The notes beneath the pieces are model-generated. The model was not told the DNA's origin. It saw only the letters and a program-made list of their open reading frames with translations, and made no database searches. Position numbers and translations under genes: made by a program. This document shows, one piece after another, positions 48,134 through 58,967 of a stretch of 64,000 nucleotides of DNA (its first letter is position 1; the number at the start of each line of letters is the position of its first letter). The DNA is taken from the NCBI GenBank assembly GCA_963848135.1, contig CAWKCK010000017.1, positions 620,001 through 684,000 of the forward strand, read 5' to 3'. The DNA is from an uncultured delta proteobacterium. GTDB lineage: Bacteria > Desulfobacterota > Desulfobacteria > Desulfobacterales > SG8-13.

Positions 48134-48613
48134 ATGGCATACTTGAGATTAAACATATATCAGTACATTCTGATACTGCTCTTGGTGGCCACATTTGTCA
48201 CCGCCGGGGTGGACAGGAGCGTGGCTTTCGACGAAATCAACACCACATTTTTCGGGGTGGCCATTAAGGGATACGATCCGGTCGCCTATCACACTGAAAA
48301 CCGTGCCGTGAAAGGCAAAAGTACTTTCGCCCATAACTGGAACGATGCCAAGTGGTACTTTGCCTCCGCAGCGAATCGGGATCTTTTCGTTTCGAATCCG
48401 GAACGTTATGCGCCGCAATACGGCGGGTACTGAGCGCGGAGTCTATCGACGACCGGCAAGGCTGCCGGTGTGAACCCTGAAGCCTTCAAAATCATCGACG
48501 GCAAGCTTTACTTGAACTGGAGCAAGGAGTCTGCCGATGAATTTGAAACCAACGCGGTTAATAATATAAAATCCGCCGACGACAACTGGGACAAACTCGT
48601 TACAGATAATTAA
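48134..48613 (+). CDS. Exported YHS-domain selenoprotein (UGA at 48431-48433 read as Sec), 159 aa
   Basis: AIKGYDPVAY, WYFASAANRDLF..NPERYAPQYGGY-U-A. The frame continues ...NPEAFKIIDGKLYLNW...IKSADDNWDKL to TAA 48613. Cys-containing homologues read PQYGGYCA. Confidence 0.9.
48452..48469 (+). promoter_or_regulatory. Candidate bacterial SECIS hairpin
   Basis: ACCGGCA-AGGC-TGCCGGT, a 7-bp stem starting 18 nt after the UGA. Confidence 0.6.
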
Positions 48614-48649
48614 GCGCTGCCGAATAATCCGCCTGCCGAGACGATGCCA

Positions 48650-50530
48650 TCATTTGAGCCCGGCCTTGCGGAGACCCGCAACGATTTTCTCCCGATCCTC
48701 CCGAACCGTGAACCCTGTACCGTATGCGCCCGTCTCGAAAAAGGGGTCTAACCGGCGAACATCTGCTGCCGCTTGAGCGGCTTTCTCATCACGGCCCATT
48801 TCAGCATATGTTGCCGCCAGAACGAGATAGTTACCAATAAAATACGGTTGGTTGACGACCCCTCGCTCTAGTACATCCAAAGCCGCATTATAACGCCCTT
48901 GTAAGTAGTAGGCGGTCCCGAGTAGAGACCAGGTATTGCGTGGCGAACTGCCATCGAGCCGCAGAGACATCTCAAGTGCCGATGCTGATTCATCGACCCG
49001 CCCCGACCACAACAGGGCCCAACCGAGAGTGTGATAGCTGCTGGCATGGTTGGGGTTGAGCGCAATGGCCTGCTGCAGGGCCTCGATAGCCAACCCGTAT
49101 TGTTTCTGGAAGGCAAAAACGGCACCAAGCAGTCCGTGGGCCGATGCGTCAAACGGATCCAGTTCAAGTGCCCGCCGAGCCAGATCGTAAGCACGCTTGA
49201 GCGATTGGGCGGGAAATTCGGTCCAGCCCTCTCCCACCTTCAACTCGTGCACCCGGCCCAAACCGACATAGCCGGCGGGATAACTCGGATCGATTTCGAT
49301 CGCCTTGGCGTACATCTCGGCCGCCTGGTTGGCTGCCTCTCTCGTGCGGCGGGAGAAAAATTCGAATCCTTTCAGAATATAATCATAGGCTTCGAGATTT
49401 TCCGTTTTTTTGTTAAACACCCGGTTGCGCTCGGCAGTTGATATGCTGAGAGCCAAGTTAGAAACGATTGCCTGGACGATGTCGTCCTGCAGCTTAAATA
49501 TATCTTTCAGATCACTTGTATAGCGGTTGGCCCAAATGTGATTGCCACTGGCGGCATCGATTAGCTGTGCGTTGATACGGACGCTATCTCCGGTTTTCTG
49601 GACGCTGCCTTCGAGCACATACCGGACCCCGAGCTCTTTTCCAACCTCGCCAATGGTCACCGCCCTTCCCTTGTAATTAAAGACGGTATTGCTGGCAATC
49701 ACTAAAAGTTCGCCAAATCTCGACAGGTCGGTGATGATGTCGTTGGTGACGCCGTCATTGAAATACTCCTGCGCCGGGTCCCCGCTCAGGTTTTTAAATG
49801 GCAGCACGGCAATGGATGCTTTGCGCGATACCGCCGCCACGGTATCGCGCAAAGCATCCCCATGGACCTTCTCCGGCCGGTGGGCCTCAACCCACAAAAA
49901 GAATGCACCCACCAGAAAGGTCAACATCAATATAATACCGCCAATTTTCAGGCTTTTCGGAAACCCTGAGACCCTATGGTCGATTCGGCACCCGTTACCG
50001 GCGATTTCGGCTTGAATCCGGTACACCGGGACCGGTCGGTCAATGTTTTTCACCCTGCGCCGCCCCAGGTATGTGCACCCGAATTCCAGCTTGTTTTCGA
50101 TCTGCTCGTAGGCGTTACCCGAAATGCAGATACCCCCCTTTTCGGCCAGGGATTCCAGCCGAGCGGCCACGTTCACGCCGTTGCCGTAAATTCGTTCCCC
50201 TTCGACGATCACGTCTCCCAAATTGATGCCGATGCGAAAAGACATCCGTTGGTCCTCAGGAAGCCGATCGTTAGCCGCCTGGAGGTCCGCCTGAATGTCC
50301 ATGGCGGATTGAACCGCGTTGACCACACTGTCGAATTCCGCCAGGAGGTTATCCCCGGGAGAGTCGACCACCCGTCCGTGATGCCGCCGGATGAGATCGG
50401 TCATCACCTGTTTATGGGCGGTCAGCGTGCGGACTGTAGCCGCTTCGTCACGGCCCATTAAGCGACTGTAGCCCGCTACGTCAGCACTTAAAATTGCTGA
50501 CAGTTTGCGCTTTATTTCACTTGTTGTCAT
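48650..50530 (-). CDS. Class III adenylate/guanylate cyclase with TM helix, TolB-N-like domain and TPRs
   Basis: ILSADVAGYS, GDNLLAEF, RIGINLGDV, GNGVNVAARLE, SIAVLPFKNLSGD, TPR-like tail. Confidence 0.92.
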   Translation of the reverse strand: MTTSEIKRKLSAILSADVAGYSRLMGRDEAATVRTLTAHKQVMTDLIRRHHGRVVDSPGDNLLAEFDSVVNAVQSAMDIQADLQAANDRLPEDQRMSFRIGINLGDVIVEGERIYGNGVNVAARLESLAEKGGICISGNAYEQIENKLEFGCTYLGRRRVKNIDRPVPVYRIQAEIAGNGCRIDHRVSGFPKSLKIGGIILMLTFLVGAFFLWVEAHRPEKVHGDALRDTVAAVSRKASIAVLPFKNLSGDPAQEYFNDGVTNDIITDLSRFGELLVIASNTVFNYKGRAVTIGEVGKELGVRYVLEGSVQKTGDSVRINAQLIDAASGNHIWANRYTSDLKDIFKLQDDIVQAIVSNLALSISTAERNRVFNKKTENLEAYDYILKGFEFFSRRTREAANQAAEMYAKAIEIDPSYPAGYVGLGRVHELKVGEGWTEFPAQSLKRAYDLARRALELDPFDASAHGLLGAVFAFQKQYGLAIEALQQAIALNPNHASSYHTLGWALLWSGRVDESASALEMSLRLDGSSPRNTWSLLGTAYYLQGRYNAALDVLERGVVNQPYFIGNYLVLAATYAEMGRDEKAAQAAADVRRLDPFFETGAYGTGFTVREDREKIVAGLRKAGLK

Positions 50531-50896
50531 ATCATTATATGAATGAAGACTGTTGGTGCTGGCATATGGTTAAAATTGACCACCCGCAGCAATGGGGCAA
50601 AAGGCATCCCCAACGCGCTCGAAAACGGGGGGAACTTGTTCGCGGTCATGCCAACTGGCCGGTCAATCTGCCGTCAGCGCGCATAAACGTCCAGTATTTT
50701 CAAGTTGCGTCTCCGGTATGAAAAGTATAAGTGTTTATTTTAGAGGTACAAGTGCCCGTGACCAACACATGCCGGTATCTGAATTGCCCTGCCCGATCAC
50801 GCTTGAGCACTGTTCTCCTTCGATCAAACCTTAAGTATCCAGCGACACTGCGAACACCCGACTGTCGATAACCGTTACAAAGTCATCGAGTGCAAG

Positions 50897-52321
50897 ATGG
50901 ATTCAGAAAATTTGCAGCAGGAACTCAAAAGGCTCAAAAAAGAAAAGGCGGTTTACCAGGCGCAGAGCCGGATGCTGGACCATTTTGTCTCCGCCGCCCG
51001 TGATTCAGCGGACAGGAGCATGCTCACCAAGACGTTGCAGAAAACTCTCGACGTGTCAATCGGTTTAACCGGTGCAGAAAAAGGGAGCCTGTTTCTGCTC
51101 GACAAGGATGGCACGGTCATCGATAGTATTCTGACGCGCGGGAAAGCCTCATCGGAAGAGCGCAGTCGACTCATCGGCACCGTGCTGGACCAGGGGCTTG
51201 CGGGCTGGGTAAGGCAACAGTGCCAGTTGGCTTCCGGCGATTGCCGGGTTGCGTATATCCGTGACACCGAAAACGACGATCGCTGGCTGACACTCCCCGA
51301 CCAACCCTACAGAGTCCGATCTGCCCTCGCGGTTCCGATCAGCAGAAAAAAACAGCTTCTGGGATTGCTGACATTGTTGCATTCCCAACCGGAACACTTC
51401 AGTTCGGAATCGATAGATTTAATCATCATGACCGCAGAACAGATTGGCGTGATCCTCGAAAATGCAACGCTGTACAAGGAGTTGGATGACTCCTTTCACC
51501 GCATCGAACAGGCCAAATTGGAGATCGAAGCCTACTCCCACGCATTGGATAGCGAACTGGAAAAAGGCCGCAGGATTCAACAGGATTTTCTGCCCGAAAT
51601 GATCCCGCAGCTCACTAACTGGGAGATTGCAGTGTATCTGCATCCGGCCATTCAGGTCTCCGGCGATTTTTATGACGTCTTCCAGCTTCCGAATGGTAAC
51701 TTGGGACTGGTGGTTGCCGATGTGTGTGACAAAGGCGTCGGTGCGGCCCTGTTCATGGCCCTGTTCCGCAGCCTCATTCGCGTGTACACCTTTGCTACCG
51801 CAAGGGAAAGTGGGGCCGCAACCCCAGAGCTTTCCGGCCGTCGTCTCAATGTCTTAAACGCCGTTAATGAAACGAATTCTTATATTGCCCGCCATCACGG
51901 AAAGATGGGCATGTTTGCCACTATGTTCGTCGGCATGCTGGACGTGCCTACCGGTAAGTTGGCATACATCAACGCCGGGCACGAGCCCCCGGTCTTGCTC
52001 AAGAGTTCTGGCAAATTGAACCTGTTGCCGCCGACAGGGCCCGCGGTCGGTTTAATGCCGGATATGATTTTTAGTACCGATCAGGTTCAAATGGATGCGG
52101 ACGATATGATCATCGTCTATACTGATGGGGTGACTGAGGCAAGTTCAGCAAATTCCGAGATCTTCGGGAGAAAGCGGCTCCATTTGATTCTCGAAGAAAA
52201 ATTTCCGTCAGCATCGAAAACCATTGAGCGCATCAAGAACGAAATATTCAATCACATCGGTAAGGCACCGCAAAGCGACGACATCACGCTTCTCGGTGTG
52301 CGTCGGAAAGGGAAAGATTAA
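50897..52321 (+). CDS. GAF plus PP2C/SpoIIE (RsbU-like) phosphatase
   Basis: VSGDFYD, VADVCDKG, INAGHEPP, YTDGVTEA, DDITLL. Confidence 0.93.
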   Translation: MDSENLQQELKRLKKEKAVYQAQSRMLDHFVSAARDSADRSMLTKTLQKTLDVSIGLTGAEKGSLFLLDKDGTVIDSILTRGKASSEERSRLIGTVLDQGLAGWVRQQCQLASGDCRVAYIRDTENDDRWLTLPDQPYRVRSALAVPISRKKQLLGLLTLLHSQPEHFSSESIDLIIMTAEQIGVILENATLYKELDDSFHRIEQAKLEIEAYSHALDSELEKGRRIQQDFLPEMIPQLTNWEIAVYLHPAIQVSGDFYDVFQLPNGNLGLVVADVCDKGVGAALFMALFRSLIRVYTFATARESGAATPELSGRRLNVLNAVNETNSYIARHHGKMGMFATMFVGMLDVPTGKLAYINAGHEPPVLLKSSGKLNLLPPTGPAVGLMPDMIFSTDQVQMDADDMIIVYTDGVTEASSANSEIFGRKRLHLILEEKFPSASKTIERIKNEIFNHIGKAPQSDDITLLGVRRKGKD

Positions 52322-52342
52322 ATATCGATAACACGCCAAAAA

Positions 52343-54133
52343 TCAACCGTACATTTCATCTACACGGTCTTTATAGCGCTCCAGAATAAGACTTTTCTTC
52401 AACTTGAAAGTCGGTGTCAACATACCGTTTTCAATCGTAAATTCGGGCACGATGGTAAATTTTTTAATCGTTTCGAAAGGCGCCAGAAATTTGTTCCGTT
52501 CGGCGATTTCGGTTTCAATCAGCTTTTCAATGGCGGGGTGTTTACCGAGTTCGGCTACTGAACCGTAGGCAAGATTGTGCTGACGGGCATAGGTGCTGAT
52601 CGACTCCGGTTCCAGTGATATCAATGCCGTCAGATAGTGACGCCGATCGCCGACCACACAAATTTGATTGATATAGCTTGAAGTAGCGATATGTCCCTCG
52701 ATGGCGGCCGGACCGATATTCTTGCCGCCGGAGGTGACAAGGATCTCTTTCTTTCGTCCGGTGATACGCAGAAAACCTTCATCATCGATCTCACCCAAAT
52801 CGCCTGTTTTCAGCCAGCCGTCATCCGTAATGACAGCCGCCGTCTCTTCCGGCATTTTGTAATAGCCTTTCATGACATTGCGGCCACGAAACAGAATCTC
52901 ACTGTCCGACGCCACTTTTTGTTCGATACCCGGCCCAGGCGGTCCAACCCAACCGAAGCGATAATTGTCGAAGCGATTCAGGTTGGAAAAGCTCGTGTTT
53001 TCAGTCATGCCGATCCCCTCTACAATAAGGACCCCGGCGGCATGAAAGAACCTTCCAATCTCGGGGTTCAGCGGCGCAGCGCCGCTGATGCACCAGCGGA
53101 GCCGCCCCCCGAGAGCGGCCTTTATCTTACTGAATACGAGCAGATTCGCCAATTTATACTGGAGCGCAACAGCCGGTGGAATCGGACGGTGGTCCAGCTG
53201 CAGATTACTCACTTTGTATCCTACCGTCAGTGCCCAGCGAAAGAGCTTCAGCGCCAAACCACCCTTGGCCTCAGCCGAGTTAATGATTTTGGATCGGACC
53301 TTTTCATAAACTCGTGGAACACTCGGGAACCAGTGGGGCCGAGCCGTTTTTAAATCCTCGGCCAGCGTGTCCATGTTACGGTTGAACGTCAGGGTGCACC
53401 CGGCCAGAAGCGCCGTATAAACGCAGGTGCGTGCAAAGACATGCGCCAGTGGAAGAAAAAGAAATACCTCGTCGTCCGGATACCAGCTCACGCTTTTCTC
53501 GACCGACTGGGCCGTAAAAGTGATATTGTCGTGCGTGAGCATGGCTCCTTTGGGTACACCGGTGGTTCCTGAAGTGTAGACAATGGCAGCTACATCTTCA
53601 GCGGTAACTGCTGCCGCCATTTCCGTAAATGACCGGTCGGGAACATCCCGCTCCTGAGCGGTAAATTCTTCGAAAGACAAGGCCCAGTCATTCTTCGGAT
53701 TTTCACCATAGAACAGTACAATTTTTCGAACGGCGGAAATTTCTGCGCGAATTTCCACCAGCTTGCCCAGTTGTATGTGATCTTCCGCAAAAACGAGCAC
53801 GGCGTCGGAATGCTGAATGATGTAACTCATGTCTTTGGGCGGCAGGGTCTGATAAATGCCCACGGTTACGGCCCCGATGCTGGTGGCGGCCAGATCCGTG
53901 AGCACCCAGCGATAACAACTGTAGCTGGCGATGGCAACCTTGTCTCCTTTTTGGATACCAAGTGCCATTAGGCTTTTAGCGACCTGTCGGACCTGAGTGT
54001 AGAATTCGTCCCAGGTGACTGAGGTGGGTTGGGCGTCGCTTGTCAGCCACCGGTAAGCCGGGAATTCCTCTCGACGACCAACGGCTTGCCTCAGCATCGC
54101 ATGGAGGTTTTCAAAATCTTTGAATTCTTCCAT
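52343..54133 (-). CDS. Long-chain fatty acid-CoA ligase
   Basis: YTSGTTGVPKG, LPLAH, SGAAPL, EGIGMTE, TGDLG, GRKKE. GGGAG upstream of ATG 54133. Confidence 0.93.
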   Translation of the reverse strand: MEEFKDFENLHAMLRQAVGRREEFPAYRWLTSDAQPTSVTWDEFYTQVRQVAKSLMALGIQKGDKVAIASYSCYRWVLTDLAATSIGAVTVGIYQTLPPKDMSYIIQHSDAVLVFAEDHIQLGKLVEIRAEISAVRKIVLFYGENPKNDWALSFEEFTAQERDVPDRSFTEMAAAVTAEDVAAIVYTSGTTGVPKGAMLTHDNITFTAQSVEKSVSWYPDDEVFLFLPLAHVFARTCVYTALLAGCTLTFNRNMDTLAEDLKTARPHWFPSVPRVYEKVRSKIINSAEAKGGLALKLFRWALTVGYKVSNLQLDHRPIPPAVALQYKLANLLVFSKIKAALGGRLRWCISGAAPLNPEIGRFFHAAGVLIVEGIGMTENTSFSNLNRFDNYRFGWVGPPGPGIEQKVASDSEILFRGRNVMKGYYKMPEETAAVITDDGWLKTGDLGEIDDEGFLRITGRKKEILVTSGGKNIGPAAIEGHIATSSYINQICVVGDRRHYLTALISLEPESISTYARQHNLAYGSVAELGKHPAIEKLIETEIAERNKFLAPFETIKKFTIVPEFTIENGMLTPTFKLKKSLILERYKDRVDEMYG

Positions 54134-54431
54134 TTCGCTCTCCCATTTTCGTTGACTGAAATAGCGTAGGGTTATGAGTTCGGCATACCATGCCAACGGC
54201 AGTTTAACAATTGATAGAATAATGGGAAATTTTTTCTCTAATTCAGAAAACAACTCCCCAGTTATCACAATTAACAAAAAAGCGATAACCATTCAAGTAT
54301 CTGAAATTGTGAATTTAAATCTATTTTTCGTATTTGCATAATTATTGCAACGTACTCCTTTTAGTCTGTGGGATCGGCCTTTTAGCAACGGTCCGTTCAT
54401 TTTTTAATCTAATTATATGAAGGAGGACGGT

Positions 54432-54656
54432 ATGAAGAAACTGATTGTGTTCGGTATCATAGTGGCCCTATTCACAATGGGTTGCGGTCATATGGCAAAG
54501 GAGTCTGAATTTTACGACCACAATGCCATGTACAAAAACTGGGATCATATGAAATTCAGCATGTGGGGTCACAAAGACCCGTCGGTAGAAGTCGCTCAAG
54601 TCTCCACCAGTGAAGACTGGTGGGGCATCGGTATTCCATACGTGCCGGCGAAATAA
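54432..54656 (+). CDS. Small lipoprotein
   Basis: AGGAGG RBS. MKKLIVFGIIVALFTMG-C lipobox-like signal. Confidence 0.8.
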   Translation: MKKLIVFGIIVALFTMGCGHMAKESEFYDHNAMYKNWDHMKFSMWGHKDPSVEVAQVSTSEDWWGIGIPYVPAK

Positions 54657-54931
54657 CGACAGCCATTCGGTGCCGGCAGTTGACGGATTGAAAGTTTGAT
54701 GCTATCCGAAGATTAAAGCGCAAGGATTCGCCGGGTTGTGAATATAGACAGTGGTGTATAACGCCTAAACCTTCCTTTGGAATCCCTTGCGCTATCCTTG
54801 AGTTATTTGCCTGACACCCGTCATAAGATTAACCTGCCGATGGCGGGCCACAGTCGGAATGATATTTCCAATAGATCCGACACGGGACATCCTGACCCTT
54901 CGCAGCGATCATGCAACAATAGGCGTAGCAG

Positions 54932-55348
54932 ATGGGGGAAACCAAGAAAACACGCTGGCTGGTCATCAGCTTTTTTCTAGTGATCGGTCTTCTTTTCTGC
55001 GGTTTCATCTACACCGCAGTAAACGGTCCCAGGTATTGGCAAAACCGCCAGCGCTTGGAACGTGCCGCCGTTCAACAGAATAGCAGAGTCTCGAGCCGGA
55101 AGGAAGAAACCAATATCACCCTAACCTTGGGCCAGATGAAATCTGTGGGCAACATCAGGCTGATATACAAAGGGCTCGACGGTGAAAAGATCTGTATCGA
55201 TGTCATTATACCGGAATTTGACCCCGAAATGGCCCACCGTCACATGATCAACCAAACAGATGCAAAAAAAACGTTGAAGTTAGGGGGGCAGGATTTCGTG
55301 TTGATCTCCGCCCGCGATTCACGACTGCACCTTCAAAAGATCAAATAA
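54932..55348 (+). CDS. Hypothetical protein with one N-terminal TM helix
   Basis: Hydrophobic WLVISFFLVIGLLFCGFIY. Ends 12 bp before fabV. Confidence 0.7.
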   Translation: MGETKKTRWLVISFFLVIGLLFCGFIYTAVNGPRYWQNRQRLERAAVQQNSRVSSRKEETNITLTLGQMKSVGNIRLIYKGLDGEKICIDVIIPEFDPEMAHRHMINQTDAKKTLKLGGQDFVLISARDSRLHLQKIK

Positions 55349-55360
55349 AACCCTTCCACG

Positions 55361-56536
55361 ATGCTTATTGCACCCAGAATCCGGAGTAATATCTGTATCA
55401 ACGCCCATCCGATGGGCTGTGAAGCCCAGGTACAGGCTCAAATCCGGTATGTCCAATCCCGCGGATCAATTGCCGGCCCAAAAAGGGTGCTGGTGGTGGG
55501 TGCGTCCAATGGCTACGGATTGGCTGCCAGGATTGTCTCGGCCTTTGGATCGGCGTCCGCCACGATTGGCCTTGGATTCGAAAAACCCGGCACAGCCAAC
55601 AGGACGGCCACTGCCGGTTGGTACAATAACAGGGCTTTTCTCAAGGAAGCCCAAAAGGCCGGTCTGGCGGCGTGGGACCTGAACGGCGATGCCTTCTCGG
55701 CCCAAACCAAATCCGATGCCGTACAATTGGTTAAAGAAAATCTCAGCCAGATCGACTTTCTGATATATAGTATCGCTGCACCGCGGCGAATCGATCCGAA
55801 AACCGGCGAAATCTATTCATCGGTCATCAAACCGATCGGGCAGCCATTCACCGCCCGAACAATAGATTTTCTCACCGGAGAAATCGGAACGATTACCGCC
55901 GATGCAGCAACCGAGGAAGAGATTCGGCAAACCGTAAAAGTGATGGGTGGCGAAGACTGGTTTCTGTGGGTGGATAAACTGCGCGCCGAAGATCTTCTGG
56001 CACCCGGGTTCTTGACCGTGGCTTTCTCGTATATCGGTTCGGATTACACCCGTCCCCTCTACCGCGATGGAAGTATTGGTGCCGCGAAAAAAGACTTGGA
56101 GAAAAAGGCTGAAGAAATCAATCACCTCCTGGCCCCGATCAACGGCAAGGCCCTGATCAGTGTCAACAAGGCTCTGATTACAAGAGCCAGCGCCGTGATA
56201 CCCGCCGTGCCACTCTATATCGCACTTCTCTACCGGGTTATGAAAGCCAAAGATCTGCATGAAGGTTGCATCGAACAGATGGACCGTCTTTATCGCGACC
56301 ATCTCTTCTCCGGCAAACCGCTACAACTGGACAAGAACGGTCGCATCCGTATCGATGATTACGAAATGCGCGAAGATACTCAACGCGCCGTATCCGAACT
56401 ATGGGAAAGAATCGACGGCGATGACATCAGTGAAATTGCTGATATAAAAGGTCTGCGGGAAGAATTTCTGCGGCATCACGGATTCGGAATGCCGGGTGTG
56501 GACTACAGTCGTGAGGTCGAACCCGTCGACCTGTAA
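55361..56536 (+). CDS. fabV: Trans-2-enoyl-CoA / enoyl-ACP reductase (FabV/TER)
   Basis: NAHPMGC, GASNGYGLAARI, TAGWYN, NGDAFS, YSIAAP, VMGGEDW, YRDGSIGAAK, HEGCIEQ. Confidence 0.93.
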   Translation: MLIAPRIRSNICINAHPMGCEAQVQAQIRYVQSRGSIAGPKRVLVVGASNGYGLAARIVSAFGSASATIGLGFEKPGTANRTATAGWYNNRAFLKEAQKAGLAAWDLNGDAFSAQTKSDAVQLVKENLSQIDFLIYSIAAPRRIDPKTGEIYSSVIKPIGQPFTARTIDFLTGEIGTITADAATEEEIRQTVKVMGGEDWFLWVDKLRAEDLLAPGFLTVAFSYIGSDYTRPLYRDGSIGAAKKDLEKKAEEINHLLAPINGKALISVNKALITRASAVIPAVPLYIALLYRVMKAKDLHEGCIEQMDRLYRDHLFSGKPLQLDKNGRIRIDDYEMREDTQRAVSELWERIDGDDISEIADIKGLREEFLRHHGFGMPGVDYSREVEPVDL

Positions 56537-56593
56537 ACCGAAGCCAATCAACCCCGACGCGATCTATCAATCAGACTGCCAACGATGGGTGCG

Positions 56594-57889
56594 CTAACGG
56601 AATTTCTTCTCAAGGAGCCTGTGGGTAAAAGCTTTGGCGTTATTGCCGGAGTAGTCCGCCACAATCTGTCCGTTGCCTATCAACCGCCACTTATAGATCA
56701 ACAATCCTTCCATACCCACCGGACCGCGGGCATGAATCTTATTGGTGCTAATGCCGACCTCGGCGCCCAGCCCATAGCGGAAGCCGTCGCTGAAGCGACT
56801 GCTGCAGTTCATGAACACGTCGGCCGAGTCAACCAGATCCATGAAACGAATTCCCCGCTCACGATCTGCCGTCACGATCACGTCGGTATGTCCCGAGCCG
56901 AATTGATTGATATGTTCAATAGCTGCATATAGATCGGGGACGATTTTAACGGAAAGCGTAAAGTCCAGATACTCGGTGCGCCAATCTTGGTCGGTCGCCG
57001 GATCGACATCGATCAGCTTCAACGTCTCTTCACAACCGCGAATTTCAACACCTTTCAGCTCCATGGCGCCCTTGAGCGCTGGGAGGAGAGCGGCAGCGAT
57101 CTCCCGATGCACCAGCAACGTCTCGGCGGCATTGCACACCGCGACATACTGGCATTTGCTGTCAACGCTGATTCTGAGAGCCATGTCAAGATCGGCATTT
57201 TTATCTATGTATACATGGCAGATGCCGTCGGCATGACCCAGGACGGGGATCTTGGTGTTATTCATGATGTGCTGCACAAACGCATTGCTCCCCCGCGGAA
57301 TAATCAAATCGATGCTTCGGTTCAGTCGCAAAAGGTCGGTAACATCGTCCCTGGTTTCCAGTAAAGTCAGCCATCCGGGCGCAAGCCCCACTTTCTCTCC
57401 GGCCGCGGCGATCAGCCCGGCCAGGACCCGATTGGTTTCAGCGGCTTCGCTGCCGCCTTTTAAAATAGCGGCATTACCGCTTTTCAAGCACAGGGAAGAA
57501 ATCTGCACCAAAGCATCGGGTCTGGACTCAAAGATCACACCGATCACGCCAATGGGACAGCTGACCTTAAAAAGCTCCAGCCCAGAATCCAACTCCACAG
57601 CATTCAAGGTCACGCCGACTGGATCTGGGAGTCCAATCAGGCTGGATAAACCATTGCAGGTCTCCTTGAGCTTGCCGCCATCGAATTTCAACCGTTTCAA
57701 TAAAGGGGCCGCAAGGTTTTCTTTCTCGGAACGTTTCAAATCGGACTGATTGGCGGTTTCGATTTCAGCTGCATGTCGATCCAGCATCCGACCAATTTCA
57801 GCAAGCGCCTGGTTTTTTAGCTCGCTCGAAGCGGCGGCCAGATATGTGGATGCCGTCTTCGCCTGTCGGGCTGCCTGTTCGATGTCCAC
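56594..57889 (-). CDS. proA: Glutamate-5-semialdehyde dehydrogenase
   Basis: IGVIFESRP, ILKGGSEA, IIPRG, CNAAETLLVH, GAEVGIST.KIHARGP. GTG 57889 after AGGGGG. Confidence 0.96.
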   Translation of the reverse strand: MDIEQAARQAKTASTYLAAASSELKNQALAEIGRMLDRHAAEIETANQSDLKRSEKENLAAPLLKRLKFDGGKLKETCNGLSSLIGLPDPVGVTLNAVELDSGLELFKVSCPIGVIGVIFESRPDALVQISSLCLKSGNAAILKGGSEAAETNRVLAGLIAAAGEKVGLAPGWLTLLETRDDVTDLLRLNRSIDLIIPRGSNAFVQHIMNNTKIPVLGHADGICHVYIDKNADLDMALRISVDSKCQYVAVCNAAETLLVHREIAAALLPALKGAMELKGVEIRGCEETLKLIDVDPATDQDWRTEYLDFTLSVKIVPDLYAAIEHINQFGSGHTDVIVTADRERGIRFMDLVDSADVFMNCSSRFSDGFRYGLGAEVGISTNKIHARGPVGMEGLLIYKWRLIGNGQIVADYSGNNAKAFTHRLLEKKFR

Positions 57890-58046
57890 TGTATCCCCCT
57901 TTTCATGGTTGCCAGACCACGCGTCGTCCATCCCGTTATTGGATCCGGACCGGTATTTCTTCATACAACGCATCCATCCATGGTTTCATAAAGAGTACTG
58001 ATCCGTTTCCGATACATAACGATGCCATTTTGTGCAAGTTCGAGAA

Positions 58047-58143
58047 ATTCAATGACCTTCGGAAAAGCCAGAGGAATGGCTTGTTAACCGCTCAGAGCGG
58101 TCATTCAAAACGATTCGTCCGGGCAACCGGCCGGTCATTGAAT
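58047..58143. repeat. 97-bp structured intergenic repeat, copy 2
   Basis: Perfect 11-bp terminal inverted repeat ATTCAATGACC/GGTCATTGAAT. Homologous to 19280-19376. Confidence 0.8.
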
Positions 58144-58240
58144 GTCGTTTTTAAAAAGAATACGTTATCGACCTCGTCGGTTGTAAACTGTTTGCTGCTA
58201 GGATCGATCTGCGCCATGAACACCATATATTTATCTGTTA

Positions 58241-58579
58241 TTACTTCTTTTTCTTTGCTTTCTCTTTTTTCGGTTTCTTTGCGGCGCCTTCCGCGGGTTT
58301 TTTAGCCGCCGATTTTGATTTCTTGCTAACGCTCTTCGCAGCCGCCTTTTTATCCGCCTTGGCCTTGGCGCGTTCTGCGTTCTGTGCCTCCTGGGCGGCA
58401 ATGGCGGTCAAACGGTACCTGGCCTTGCGGATATCGGCTGTTATTTTTTTATAAACAGCGTCCCGTTGAATAGCAGCGTCGTCCAGGCCTTTCTCGTTGA
58501 GAATCGCCTGCCGCGCGGCGAGTTTTTCCAGGGCTGTTTTCTTTTGGTTCTCCACATAAATCTTTGCTTTGAGGTTCAT
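58241..58579 (-). CDS. Basic helical protein with Lys/Ala-rich tail (112 aa)
   Basis: AGGAG upstream of ATG 58579. MNLKAKIYVENQKK...KKPAEGAAKKPKKEKAKKKK. Confidence 0.8.
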   Translation of the reverse strand: MNLKAKIYVENQKKTALEKLAARQAILNEKGLDDAAIQRDAVYKKITADIRKARYRLTAIAAQEAQNAERAKAKADKKAAAKSVSKKSKSAAKKPAEGAAKKPKKEKAKKKK

Positions 58580-58967
58580 TGAATTCTCCTGACGTGTTTG
58601 ATAATTAGTTGTCGCAAACAATACCCGAAGGAACGCGGGCAAAATATAGGCTACCACATGTGATGAATACGCATGAAGGGAAAATAACGATCCAAAATAC
58701 AGTCCATCAATCCAAAATGTCAACCAAACGTATAAATGCCCCAACTGGCGACCATAACGCGGCGAAATGTCAACACCATCGCGCAGCATCCCTTGCGAGC
58801 CCCCCTGCCGGGGACCATCTTGGAGCCAAAAGCCCATCTGAATTGATCTGTTGACAAAAGAGTGGTAATGCTTTCCATACTTATGGCCGCGTTTCTTACG
58901 GTTACACGCACCATAGCTACAAGAACCTCAGAAATGTCGTGGTCAACCACGACAAGGCAACTTTACC

